Shown piece after piece: positions 1 through 29,560 of a DNA stretch of 64,000 nucleotides. Below the pieces are notes generated by a model. It had not been told where the DNA came from. It saw only the letters and a list, made by a program, of their open reading frames with translations, and did not search any database. The stretch is from contig CAVNZM010000006.1 in assembly GCA_963693365.1 (NCBI GenBank), positions 1,922,001 to 1,986,000 of the forward strand, read 5' to 3'. Positions within the stretch are counted from its first letter, which is position 1. Every line of letters starts with the position of its first letter. Both the position numbers and the translations under genes were made by a program. Source of the DNA: Amoebidium appalachense (taxonomy: Eukaryota > Protista > Ichthyosporea).

Positions 1-120
1 CCCCGTCCCCCCCCCTCCCCCCCCGCCGCTGCCGCCTCCAACCACCGCCACCAAGACAGAAACGACTCTCTTTACACGGGACAAGAACAAAAAACCACAC
101 CACACCATGCAATATCCTAC

Positions 121-594
121 CTTGCCCTCAGCATCGATGTTGTTCAGTGTGTTGAGGCAGGCCCGTGCAGCCACGCCGGCTCCGATAATAACATACTTGT
201 AGTGTTCCTCCTCTGGGCTTTTGGCCTGCACTACACCCAACCCATACAGACCAGCAGCAGCTGCGCTGGCAGCAAGAACACCGGCAAAACCCCAGTCTGG
301 CCGTGTAGCTGCGGCCTTGGCTGTACTGAGATGGCGGCGCACATATGGGGCCTGGGTGAGAGTGGCCGTACAAGATGTGGTTAGACATGAGACTTGACGG
401 AGTGTAGAGGAAGGCTTTACAAAAAGGAGGATGCGCATCACTTAGCGGGGTACACAAACTTTAACAAACATCGCAGTCTAGTAAGAGGAAGGCCGGGTTG
501 TCCTAAGGCTCTAAGGGATCTTTTTACTCCTGCCACGTACCTGTGCGGCCCGGGCCACAGTGGACAACCTTTGAAGAGTCTGGAACCGCCGCAT
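121..594 (-). CDS. Mitochondrial AIF-like FAD-dependent pyridine nucleotide-disulphide oxidoreductase, first two exons (gene continues off the window's left edge)
   Basis: Exons 594-541 and 351-121 with GT-AG sites translate to MRRFQTLQRLSTVARAAQ|APYVRRHLSTAKAAATRPDWGFAGVLAASAAAAGLYGLGVVQAKSPEEEHYKYVIIGAGVAARACLNTLNNIDAEGK. This is an Arg-rich presequence, a hydrophobic anchor and a Rossmann YVIIGxGxAA motif, the layout of AIFM1-type proteins. Confidence 0.7.
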
Positions 595-1706
595 CTTGCC
601 GTGCCTGCATCCCACACTCGAGGTCAGCAAACAAGCCTTAAATCAATTAACATTTCAACTAACAGCATATGCATATGCATGTGTGTATGCATGCGTGGTG
701 GCCACTGGAAAGCAAACTACAGCATCACTTACAGCAACTGTTGTCCACATGGGAATCTTGAGAGATGCTGAGATGCTCTATCTAACCTGAAATGCTGTGA
801 AGAGAACGCAAACTGGAAACGTGAAACAGCAGAACGATACTTACGACAATTTTCTTATGCTGTCACAAACTGTGTTCTACAGCCTTACACCTCTTTGTAA
901 GTTGAAGCACAAAACGGGTGGGTGACTTCAAGCTGTTAGACATCAGAGTGACTGAGCAAGTTGAAAGCGGGAAAAAGCTTTTTGTCCTTGCTCACAAAAA
1001 ACAATACGCAATGCGACGGACCGATGTGATTGGATGTGGATAATTTTTATAATGCCGTGAGAGGCCCGTGACTGGCCCGTGAGCCATTTTTGGTTGGCTG
1101 CGAAGTAGCTTTGCCTAAATATAGACAAGTAGCAGAGGAGTGCAAAAAGGAAGTTCGGCGGCGAATGAAGCCTTCAAGAACGGAAATGCTGCCGCACCAT
1201 GGCACTTTGGCAACGTTTGCCACGGTGCTCATGCAAGAATATGTGGACTCACCAGGACGTTAGAGTTACTGCATAATTTCAGGTATCCTAAAATAAATAC
1301 GCTTTTTTGTATTATATGTTTGCAATGATGGTATTATTTTCCGTGATGGCAGCCGCTCAGCGACCTGAAAGCGAAGGGCCTCGTCTCGGGTCGTTCGAAT
1401 TCGAACCGGACCGAAAACAGAAATTTAAAAGGTCGGCATTTCGCTCGCGATCGAGTAACGCAAAGCATAGATCTACCAATGAATACGTGTTATTGTGAGA
1501 TTTGGCGGGAAGAACGCCGTGTTCCAGAATCACGGCCGCCGAACCACCAACAAGTTAAGTTTTGAGTGCATAGTGAGTGTAAAGAGAGCAAAGAATAACC
1601 AATAATTGTTTCATTTCACATATATTATAGGCGATTGTTTAGTCTATTGCTACCCTTCTTCGTTCATGCGCCCTTTGGAGGGTCCGCGTGAGGTGAGCAA
1701 CCAGCC
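595..1706. promoter_or_regulatory. Divergent (head-to-head) promoter region between the AIF-like gene and DHX35
   Basis: Microsatellite-free, CpG-richer 1.1 kb between two divergent start codons (594 on -, 1707 on +). Confidence 0.5.
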
Positions 1707-17418
<15,712 letters not shown>

Positions 17419-17467
17419 ATGAATGTGAACACCCTTCCTCCCCCCCCCCCCCCCCCCCCCCCTCCCT

Positions 17468-17535
<68 letters not shown>

Positions 17536-18128
17536 GCACACACGCACGCACGCGCACACGCACACGCACGCACGCACGCGCACGCACACAGCGCGCACGC
17601 ACGCGCACGCACACAGCGCGCACGCAATGTCCAGATGGTTTAATTAGAGCCTTTCCATTTTATCTTATGGAACTCTGAATGATGACTGGCCACAGAAACC
17701 AATTGATGCATGTAGGGATGTAAATAGGCATGTGGCTTGATGTGAAGGAATACCAGCAAGAATTCGAAAAATTATGGCTGCATCGCATTGACTTTCGTGG
17801 TGCGTTTTTTTTTTTTTTTTTTTTTTTTTGTTAAACCACACATCAATTACAATGGGATTGTCAGTGACACCCTGAATCATTATGAATGACTTTATAATTG
17901 CAGATAATGCTTGTATAAAGCTAGTGTTTATGCTATCCGAAGGCCCTTCCATGAATGCTGATAATGAAAATAACCACCGTGTGTATGGTATTGTGTGATT
18001 CAATAACCCCGATTAAAACGCAACACACCACATCTTTGATGTGGTTTAGTTCTCCCCCCACGGCCCCCCGGGCCCTTCAACTTTTATGTTTTGTTTTCCC
18101 CTTTCCCCTCCCTCCCCTCCCCTCCGGA

Positions 18129-18167
<39 letters not shown>

Positions 18168-19000
18168 CCCCCACCCATACCCCTCGGGGCCCTTCAACAT
18201 GCATGTGCGCACGCACACACAGTCACACACACACGCGCGCGCACACACACACGCACACAGACACACACAATCACACACACACACACACACACACACACGC
18301 ATGCAAGCACACATGCACGCACATGTGCAGCAAACACGTACACGCACGCACACACACATTTTTTTATTATTATTTTTTTTATCCCGTTTCACTCCCGGCG
18401 AGGCACTGCCTCAGGGGAGCTTACCGTCTTCCGCCTAGACACAGATCGTGCTGTATAGCACACTCATAAGTCAGGATTCTAATTGACCCCAACTGGCACT
18501 ATTTTTAGTTACGTGCCTTTATCTCACTGTTCTAGCCGCAGCAACGCTAGTGGGAAGTGAGCACAGCTCACTTTAACAACACCAGCCGGGAGCGACCCGG
18601 GACACATACACAAACATAAAGATTTGAAAGGGAAAACCCCATGCCCAGGACGCTGACCCGAACTGTGGCCGGTGACTCGGATTGGTCTCCCACTTGAACG
18701 TTGGGCCGGGATGCCCAAACGGCGCGCCGTCGACGTCAGAGGGCCGGTGCTGTTTATGACGTCATGTCTTGCGACCGGATGATAACAAATTGGTGGTGCT
18801 GCTTGACGTGGTCTGGGGTGATGGCTTCTAGAGGGCGGCCAGACCGGTGGACCGTCGAGGCAGAACAACTTGAAATCGGAAGTAACCAGGATCGACCCTG
18901 CGCCATTGAACTTGACACGCAGAGATCTTACAATTGCACCAACCCGCCCCCCCACGCACACACACATACATGTACACACACCCCACACACACACACATCA

Positions 19001-19032
<32 letters not shown>

Positions 19033-19046
19033 TGCATATGCATGTC

Positions 19047-19091
<45 letters not shown>

Positions 19092-19218
19092 ACACACACG
19101 CACCTACCGTGGTCCACCACCAACGCCAACACCACCACCACCACCAGTGGTTCTCAAACCAAATTTAAAAGGCCGGCGGTAGAATCCCTCATATAAATAC
19201 TTTTGAATCTTCGAATTC

Positions 19219-19600
19219 CTTCCACGTGGAAGCTAAGCAGTAGGAGGAAATCTGTTCGCAGATTCGGAAGCGGACGTCGTAGCTCGACGTTCGCTCCAGC
19301 CGCGCTCGCCAGCCGCATCAAATAACGCCGGTACCGGCAACAGCCTCACACGTACTGACGGTGTGCACGCGCTGCGATGAACTTTACGTTCGCTTTCCTT
19401 ACACTCTCGCGACCGCGTGCATGCTTTCTGTCGCGGCGCCTCGACGGTTCGATAGAGTCCAGTGTTCGCTGAATGTGTAAGGAAAAATAAGGAGCCATCT
19501 CAGTAGGTGGCAGGGCAACAGCGTAGTCTGATAATAAAAACGAAGCAGACTCCATTGCCCGTACTTATGCTACCACCTACTGAGGCGGTGTCTCCTTTCT
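19219..19600 (+). ncRNA. Putative structured non-coding RNA (Pol III-like architecture), family not recognised
   Basis: TATAAA at 19192-19197 upstream and oligo-T 19596-19630 downstream. Consecutive stems: 19219-19232 palindrome; AATCTG-TTCG-CAGATT 19249-19264; 11-bp stem with a G-U pair 19269-19295; TTTCCTTACAC 19394-19404/GTGTAAGGAAA 19475-19485; long terminal hairpin with CTCAGTAGGTGG 19499-19510/19573-19584, GGGCAA/TTGCCC and AGTCTG/CAGACT. Confidence 0.5.
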
Positions 19601-21156
19601 TTCTTTCTTTTTTTTTTTTTTTTTTTTTTTACTTAAAAGGGACGTTACGGTAGATGTATGTGTTAGGTACCTTATGTATATTCATGGCAGTTGAACGACA
19701 CGAGCTCGAGAAAACTCTGTTTATAGTATGTGCATTATCATGCTGATGATTCTTGTGGCTTCTGAACAGCAACGTTAACAGACATGGCAGCTATCTTTGA
19801 TGGCCGCCGTGCATGCATATTACACACCGTGTTATGCCTGCCGCGGCCCGTCAGCCCGTGCCTGTGTGTGCAGTGCGCACACACAGACACATGCGATCTT
19901 CGCCGTCCGTCGTTTTATCCCTACCACCTACAGCAGTCGTCGGGCTCAAACGTCATGATGTTAGGAACTAGGAAACCCCCCCAACTGGGGCATTCCTCGG
20001 TCGGGTCCGGGCCCCGTCGGGGCCAAAATGCTCAGGTGCGCACGTACGTGGGCATGCCCATGGCCACTCTGCCCTAATGAGATTCATTGGTAGCTCGCGT
20101 GTGTCTTCTCTCTCTCTGTCCCAATCTCTCTCTCTCTTTTTCTTGCTTTTCCTTTTTCTTTTTTCTTCCATTCTCTTACTTTTTCTTATCCTTTTTTCTG
20201 CAGACTGCAGATCAATTGTTGGTGTCAAGGACCGTCAGGCCCTCAGTAGGCCCTCAGGGCCAAAAAACCAGGTTTTTTGGGCCCGGGTACCATATCAGGA
20301 GCGGGCAATTTTTGAATTCTCCCTCCCCGGCCCCGCCGGGGAAAATTTGAGGTTTTTGGACCTCAAAGAAGTCAAATCCTGCAAAATCCACTACCGGGAG
20401 GCCAAAAAGGGTGATTTTACAAAAAAGGAGGGACATACATGAAAAAGAGAAAATGGGCGAGTTCAGTGGGCTGCCGATAAGTATATTTCGTGCTGGGCCG
20501 GTATACATGCTGCCGTGGTTGTTGCTGTAGACGGCAGTATGGCATCGCATGTGTCACGTGACCTGCACGTGAATGCGACCATGTGCAGGCACTGAGTCTA
20601 GGGGGATTTGTATGTGTGTTTTGGAGCACCGACAAGGCAGAGCCAGGGTGAGGGATGTGTAAACATGGAGTTTAGGGAGATCGTGCTGCTATTGTAACAT
20701 GTGCACAAAACAGCCACGTGCACCGGCACACTCCGGTGTACAGAACAATAATATGCACATGCGTCACTGTAATATCATGTATGCGCATGCCGCACAAGGT
20801 TTAGGAGACCACCACAGTATATACTATTTTCTTTTGGTTGATATCCATGTAGGAATGGTGTGTTGCAGTTGTCATGATCAGCCTGAGGCAGGCACGTGCA
20901 CTCACTGAATCACTAGAACTCATGAATAAAAAATACATTCGCTAAAAACGGCAAGGTAAATTTGGGGCCAAGCTATTATTTCCCCCTTTTAAACGTTTTT
21001 TTAGCTCCAAGAACTTCGACGCCAAAATTTCTATATTTGGCCATCGTATATGATAATGAACACGTGTACTTAAATTAAAGTAGTTATATAAATATGAGCG
21101 GCCCGTTACAAATACAGTGACGAAAAACAGTGACCCACGAGCAGTTTTTCTTTCTA

Positions 21157-21216
<60 letters not shown>

Positions 21217-22549
21217 ACACACACCAGACACACACACCACCACCACGGTGACCACCACCACCACCACCACCACCACTCACCCCTTAAAAAAACCACACAC
21301 ATACGTGCACGTGTACACACACACACAGAACACCACCACCACCTCCACTGGACCCCATTTCCTCGTTGTTTTCTTAAGCCTTCAGACCAGTCCTGCACAC
21401 TGGAGTTAAACAATTGAATTCACCTAGGCTGACATGCATCCACCCCCGCCTTCCACTTCCCCTCCCCCCACCCCCACCCCCCACCCCCCCACCCCCACCC
21501 CCTCCCCCTCGATGAAGAAGGGCCCCCGTAAGCCTTGGGGGGGGGGGGGGGGAGGGGGGGGGAAGGGGAAGGGGGAGCTCTTGAGCCTCCGGGTAGGGAA
21601 GTGGGGTCCGGGGATCCGGAGAGGGGAGGGGGGGGGGGGGGGGGGGGGGGGGGGAAGGGGCATATAATATTGGGCCTAGATATCATAGTATGGGGCCCCG
21701 GGGGAGGGGAGAGGTGGGGGGGGGAGGGGGGAGGATCCACGGGAAAGACCTTTAGGTGCATGTTCTTATTTATACCCCCTTCGAATCATCCCCCCTCCTC
21801 CCCCCCCCTCCCCCCTGAGTGCAGGCCGTGACGTAGCTACGATAACCCTGCAGAAGGCAACAAAAATGTATTAATTACTAGCACTATACATGTGTTCATA
21901 GTGCAGCTTGCACCACGTATGATCTCAGCAACTTTAAAGTAGTCACAAAGTTTAGTTATTTTCATTATTTTCATTGCTCTGAACTCTATTACTCTGAAAT
22001 GATCACCGTGCATGTGCCGCAAGATAACAACCCTATATGTGTGCAGCTGCTGCCTGCAGGTTAGACTCGCTGAAAAGACAATTGTCAGTGTGCATCCGAC
22101 GCTTGCAGCTGCAGCTAGCCTCTGCAACATTAATACTTGCCAAGTGAATGCTCTTACACTTGATCATCATTCACTCAAAAAACCGAGGACCGACAGATTA
22201 AATATTAATGTCGATCCGAATGATCAGCAAGTGTCTATGCGTACTACTATATATACACACACGTAAAATGCGAAGCTATCAGTTACAAGGCACACCTGCT
22301 GCACTGGCACACATACACATACACACCGGCAGATCGATGCTGTCAAAATTTACTTTCATGTACTTCGTAGGTCCGACACAGGTGCACATGAACACGTACA
22401 TATGTACAAGCCGCGCACACACCACACCACACATACACACACACACACACACACTCACACACACACACGCACACACGCACACACGCACACACGCACACAC
22501 GCACGCACGCACGCACACACACACACACACGCACGCACGCACGCGCGCG

Positions 22550-22619
<70 letters not shown>

Positions 22620-22945
22620 GACACACACACACACACACACATCACTGGGTGCGCTCGCTGGGGATTAGTTTTTTGGCACGCTGTTGACTTTATCGTGTGT
22701 TTATTATTTGCTATTTATTGGCCAGCGGCCAACATTTAAAAATATACTATATACCTAAAAATAGATACTGACTACGGCCAGCAGACATTATACACCTTCC
22801 AGGACACATTAACACCAATAGTCTAACACACCATACTCTCGATCACAAAGAATTCCTAACAAACAGAGAAAAGTGCAAAGGCTCTGTACTATTACTCAGA
22901 TTCTAAATTTTAATTCTTTACAGTAAACTTCGGAATGAAAGCTAG

Positions 22946-22981
<36 letters not shown>

Positions 22982-23066
22982 CCCTAACATGACTGTACGA
23001 AGAACAGGTATAACTTGAAGCACTACAACACATATGAGATCCGTTACATTGGTGTACATTCCAATA

Positions 23067-24729
23067 TTAGACACTAGTTTGGCTACTCTGACTACTCTGA
23101 GATCCTGATTGGCTGCCTGCAGACTTGCGGCCACGATTACTTTGCTTTCGATCGTGCCATTGCAGCTGCGTCTCTCCAGCAGGTGGCAACGCCAGGCCCA
23201 GCACAGCAGATGCACGAGAAGGGGGTGGGAACTGCCCACCAGCCGAGGGCTGGCCCACATGGCCCAAGTAAGGATGGGGACCGTGCTGCGGCAGTAGCCC
23301 AGGCATGGGGAAGGCAGGGCCGGGCTGAGGCGGCATGATGCCCCACGGTGGGGGCCAGCCATGTGGGTGGTGCGGGCCTGGATGGGGTGCAGGGGGCATG
23401 TGCGGCACATGGCCCTGCTGCATGTCAAGCGCGGGTGCTGGTGGCATGGCATCCTGATTGGCTGCAACCCAACGTGGGCAGCTCTTGGCCCGATTGGAGC
23501 CGGGGCAGCCCTTGCCCTGGCGGCCACACGTCTTGCAGGTCTTGGGGGCTCTCTGGGGTGGCTGCATAGGAGGGGGCACCGGCAAATCCATCTGCAGGGG
23601 CCCCTCAGGGCCAATGTTGCGATGCTTTTTGCCCACTAGCATGGGCAAGGGCCGCTCACGCTGCGCCCCTGCATCGACACCGTCTGGAACAGGGAGGGGT
23701 GGCAAGGGGGCAGGCCGTATGGTTGCTGGCACAGCGTCTGCCCTCTCCTCGCGCATACGCTTGCGGTGATCTGCCAGGCCCTCGTGTGTGGAGCGCTGTG
23801 CATGTGCCGTCTGCCAGGTCTTCCACTTGTCGAAATGCTTCTTGATGTAGGCCGCATCCTTCATGTAGATTCCCCCAGCCACAGAGGCAGCCTTGTTGAA
23901 GTCTTGGGCCAAAGCCTCGAACAGCTGGCCGTTGGGCTTTGCATGTGCCTTGTAGGTGCCCAGGAGCAGCGTGCTGAATAGCTTGCGCTCCTGAGGGGTA
24001 AGCACCGGAAGGAAGGGGATGGCCACATGTTGCTTCTGCGCCAGGAACTTGTAGTCGCCCCTCAGTGCAGGGTCCGGCTGTGGTGCACCACGCGCCACCT
24101 GGTTGCCCCCCCCCATGGCAGCACCGTCACCCTCCTCGACCTCACAGTCCTCTGGCCCGCCCATCACGCCATTGGCTGCAGGCTCGATGTTATCAGACGG
24201 AGGTGGGGGTGCGGGCACCGCAACTGGCTCCTGCGCCGGGGCATTGGCCACACAGGAGAGCGGGGCAAAGTTGAAGTACTCCTCCGGTTGCTTGTAGCAG
24301 CCTACGGGTACCCACTGGGGGTCGAGGTGATGGCCGTACAGCATCAGCGCCAGTGCCTCCATGTCGTCAACAATCCAGGGGCTGTAGTGGGGGGGCCCCG
24401 ATGCCTGGCCCAGGCGGTTGCGGTAGTGTGCACGCAGGTTGTGGCGGTGGCGCCTATTGGACATGGTGGCGTCCAGCAGGCGCAGCGACATGCGTGTGGC
24501 CCCAAAGTGGGTGGCCAGGGGGTTGTGCACTGCCCCCTCCACCTCGTTGGTGCCCCGGATGCAGCGGTAGCGCATGAGCCCATCTGCGTCGGCAGTGGTC
24601 TCGTAGTAGAGGGGCAGGCCGGGGGGGTCCGACAGACAGCCATTTTGGGCGTGTTCGAGCAGCGACTGTGGGGGCACCAGCAAACATCAGAGAGATGGGT
24701 GGGTGGTGGTGGTGGTAGTGTGTGTGTAT

Positions 24730-24774
<45 letters not shown>

Positions 24775-24849
24775 TGGGGTTGCTAAGGAAAAAAACGAGC
24801 AGGGAAAGGCAAAAAACAACTGGCTAGGCAGCAAGGGCCGTGCGGGCAG

Positions 24850-24921
<72 letters not shown>

Positions 24922-25498
24922 ATGTTTGGGGGGGGGGAGGGGGGGGGGGGGGGGAGGCTAGGGTGTGCGTGTGTGTGCAGATGAACCAAGGATGACAAAT
25001 AAGCGAAGAATCTTTTCTGTGGTGGTGGAGTTGTTGGGCGCCTGCAGGGGGAGGGGGGGGGGGGGGGGGGGGGATGTTGCCTCGAGTCTTTCAAAGCCAT
25101 CCTTCTTGAACAGAGGCTTGCCATCCGGTCCGGGCGGCACATCCTTGTAGGTGTTTTTGAACTCCACCAGCCGCGAGACCAGCGTGTATGGGTCGGGAAT
25201 AACCCGCCGGATGCGCTCCATGAAGTAGCTCAGGTCGCCGCCCTTGAGCTCGGTTTCAATGTCGATGCCCTTCTGCTCCAGCACCCCCTGTGAGGCAGGA
25301 TGCCAATATTAATTTACTACGCACACTGCAATTTGGGTTTGGTAGACTTTGATACCTGCCGTTATTGTAGGACCCCTCCCCCTCCACCCCCCCATCTTCT
25401 CCCCCAACACAAGTAAAAAATGCATGTGGCTCTTTCCCCCCACAACCCTACATTATTTCTCTCTAGGCATATGAATAACCCCCACTCTCCTCCCCCCC

Positions 25499-25544
<46 letters not shown>

Positions 25545-28223
25545 TTGCCCCCCCTCTCTCTGAGGCTCAGGCTCTCTCTCTTCCCTCAGAAGTTTTGTCG
25601 AAGGTGTGCATGGTTGTGGGTGGAATGGTGAGTGTGTGCTAACGAGTGTATGTGTGTGTGCGCGTCAGTCACGCATGTTGTTGTTGCCGTTTTTTTTATT
25701 TTTATTTTTTATTTTTTATTTTGGGGGGGGGGGGGGGGGGGAGGCACCTTCACATGTCCGTAATCCTCTTCATTCCACACAAATATTGCCTCGCTGAGTG
25801 CGCGTGCGTACTCAGCCCTGCGGGGGTGTGACTTGTACGTGCCGTCCGCCGTGTTTGCAATGGAGTGGAAGGCGTCATTCAGCACAGTCTGCCACACCAC
25901 CTCCCCAGGCGGTGCCTGGCCCAACATGCCCTCTCTGGGAGCTGCCTCGGGTCCCCCTGGGGCTGCCTCAAGGCCCCCCGGGGCTGCCTGGGGGTCCTGG
26001 GGGGGTGCCTGTGGGCCGGCAAGGGGTTGCTGCTGCTCGGCAGGGGGAGGACTGGCAGGGGGAGGGGCTGGGTCAGGGACCACCGGCACCTCGGCACCTG
26101 GGTCCGGTGGGGGCTGAATGGGCCGTAGCCACTGCAGGTGCACCATCAGCTCAAAGGGCGGCGGGCCCAGCTCTCCCAGGGTCTTGCCCTTGTCGGGGCC
26201 AAAGGGCACCTGCATGGCCGGCGACAGCACCTGATCCACCCGCACCACTGCATGCTTCTTGCCCACCTTCATGCCCCCCCAGCGCTCCGGCTGCACAGCC
26301 AGCACCACCCCGGTGGCTGCTGCAGCATGTGGGCCCCGCCGGGGCACAATCTCAACCCCTTCACCGAGTGCCTTTGCATGAAGCCGCGCTGCATGTCATA
26401 GAGGGAAGCAAAAAACTCAGCCAAAAAGCCACAGCACCAACGTTTTTCTCTTCGCTCCACAAAAATCAAATGCATATTCCTTAGCAACCCCCCTCTCCCC
26501 CCCCCCCCCCCCCCTTCTCCCTCCCCCCCCCCCTCTCCCAGTGCCCAGCTTGTGTGGCACTTGCACGTGTTAACAGTGCTATAGCCCCCCCCCCCCCCCC
26601 CCCCCCCCCCCCCCACCACCACCACCACCACCACCAATCACCCCCTCCTTTGATAGCCACCCGACACCCAGCATAACACAACTGGAACACTGGCCCATGT
26701 GGTCAGCCACCTCCCCCCCCCCCCCCCCCCCCTCCTCCCCCTCCCCTCTCCTCTGGGGGGCCCACAATCTTTCTATATCTGGCATAAGCACATAAGCACT
26801 GGGGCAAAAAGCAGGTGGGATACACACCTGACAGGTTTGGCCTATCGACCACGGCCGAGTAGACCTGCAGGGACGCATATGCATCAAGGGCAGCGTAGGT
26901 GGCCTGCACCTCTGATAGCGGCTCGTGCCAGTTGGAGCATCGAACAAGTGCCGGCTTGGGCAGCTTCTTGCCTATGACCTGGGCAGTGATGTCGGCCAAG
27001 CCCCGGGCCGCAGAGGTGATAGCTGCACGGGCATAGCAGAACCGGCCCAGCTCCAGATAGCTGGCCACAGGGGTGCCGTAGTCCTTGTTGAGGTGGGCCG
27101 AGTCCGTGCCGATCTGCTTGCCCACCTTGATGATGCTGGGGTCCCTAAGCAGCGCAATCAGCTCGTCCACCAGCCGCGCGGGCGGGCTGTGGTTGGGGCC
27201 CATGCGTGCCAAGTGGAAGATGTACACGGCCCGTGCGGTGGCAATCTGCAGCGTGCAAACCTTGGACCGCGCCTGGCCCACCCGATAGACCCACTCGCAG
27301 TCCAGCCCCACCACGCGGTGCTGCTGCCCCTCCAGGTCGGCACGAATGGCCGCTGTAGCCACCACCGCCCCCTGGCAGTCGGTGTACACCGGCTTAGGGT
27401 AGTTGGCCGGCAGCTCCAGCCCAGGCAGACCGTCCGTCACGCTTACCAGCGCAGCCTCGTTCAGACGGACGGGGCATTTTGGCCGGGCTAGGGTTGGAAA
27501 CATGCGCTCAACAAACGCCCGGTCTTGGCAGCACCGATCTGTGTAGAAGAAGGCCGGGCCCTTGCTGTTGAGCGCCGCCGTGGTGGCAGAGATGCGCTGG
27601 ATCACGGGCTCAATCTCCTGGTGGCTGCAGTCCCGTGTAAATACCTGCGCCCGGATCTCTGGGGTGCCGCACTGTGTGAGAGGGCATCTCCGAGCAGCCA
27701 TGCATGTTCTAGCTTCCCTTACCACATGGCCCTTCACGAGACTTCAGTGCCCACACAATCCTTTCCCCCTCCCTCCCCCCAAACCCATGTGCCCACATAC
27801 TTTCCCCTCCCTCTCCCCCAAAACCCTTCCCCCTCCTTCCCCCCAAACCCATGTGCCCACATACTTTCCCCAGGCCTCCCTTTCCCCCAAAATCTTCCCC
27901 CCCCCCCCTCCCCCTAAACCCATGTACCTACAATCCTTCCCCCTTCCTCCCCCTAAACCCTTGTGATCACAATCCTTTCCCCCTCTCTGCCTTCCCCCCA
28001 AACCCATGTGCCCACGATCCTTCCCCACTCCCCCTCCCCCCAAACCATGGGACAGCCCTCCATATGGCACCTACTGTCCCCCCCCCCCCCCCCCCCCCCC
28101 CCACCCCGGGCCTCTTGCCCTCTCTACCTTCAACCCCGACGGTGGTGTCTCCCCCCCCCCCCCCCCCCCCCCTGCATCCCTTGCAATCACTGGCCCCTAC
28201 TCCCATTCTGCTTGGCAGAAGCT

Positions 28224-28307
<84 letters not shown>

Positions 28308-28536
28308 ATTCCCCGCCAAAAGAAAGCTCCACCCCAGCCCACCCCAATCTCTACCCAGCAAAAACACATACACACATATCTGGAGCTTCCTAGTTTTTGC
28401 TCGACAGGGCAAGAATTGTCCCCAAAACCCACATACTACAAACCTCTACTCACAGTGTGCCACCTCATTAAATGTGGAGCCTAAGAGATTTAAAGGCCCT
28501 AGAGGGGGGAGGGGGGGAGGGGGGGAGGGGGCGTGT

Positions 28537-28567
<31 letters not shown>

Positions 28568-29232
28568 GTGGGCGTGTGTGGGGGGGGGGGGGGAGGGGGG
28601 AAGGGGGCCTGGGGGAGAGTGGGGGGAGGGGGGAGAAGAGGAGGGACCACACACCGCCAAGCTCGTTTACACAAGTCCATAGGCCTCGGTACAGAGGCTC
28701 CCCATTGATGCCGGTGAGCTTCCCAATTTGGAAGGTGTGGTCGGCCTTGAGCACGTTGTTTACGGGCTTGAGCTGCGTGTCCAGGCTCTGGTACTTTGCC
28801 GTGCGGTCGCTGAACTCAGTATACACGGCACTCAGGTATTTGCCTGAACCCCAAGTACTGTTAGAACTCCACCACCCTCCCATCAGGACCATCCCCCCCA
28901 TTCCCTCTAGTCCCTCGTGTTCATCTCACCTCTCTGTATTTTCGTAAGTCTGTATGGCTTTTCCCATCTCAAAAACGCTACACACCCATCTCCGGCCGTT
29001 TGCCCCCCCCCCCCCCCCCTCCCCCCCCCCCCCCCCCCCCCCCCCCCCGCCTCCCGGCGCGCGCAAACCCTCCAAGTCATTGCACCAACTTTCACCTTCT
29101 TTCCCCTTTGTGCCCCATCTGCAGTTTGTCCCCTGCACGTCCGTTTGCCCTTCCCCCCACACCCTCCTGCCACTACTATAATAACCATTAAGTACCGCCA
29201 CCAAGATCCAGTCTACCACCATGTGCCCCCCC

Positions 29233-29264
<32 letters not shown>

Positions 29265-29413
29265 CTCTCCACCTCCTTTCCCCCAACACACACAGACACA
29301 CATGCGCACACCCACCATCTAATTTCAGGCATAACAGTTCTCCACGATTTCCCAAGCACACTCACTGGTACATGGACCGTTATGCTTTCACCCCTCTGAT
29401 GATCCCTCTGCCC

Positions 29414-29445
<32 letters not shown>

Positions 29446-29529
29446 ACCACCACCACCACCACCACCACCATGACTGATTGCCACCACCACCACCTAATCC
29501 ATCACCATGTCCCCCCCCCTCCCCCTCCC

Positions 29530-29560
<31 letters not shown>

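Noticed and set aside
18524-18994. Overlapping 155-156 aa ORFs in a GC-rich non-repetitive stretch
   Set aside because: No recognisable motif or consistent splice structure; the stretch may be regulatory.
19145-19159. hAT/Charlie-like terminus CAGTGGTTCTCAAAC
   Set aside because: No matching inverted partner or 8-bp TSD was found in the window.
19470-19555. Resemblance to U12 snRNA (GTAAGGAAAAATAA), hammerhead core (CTGATAA...CGAA) and RNase P P4
   Set aside because: Each match is partial: no U12 5' end or Sm site, no CUGANGA/GAAA/UH three-stem layout, and P4 pairing is mismatched and outcompeted by local hairpins.
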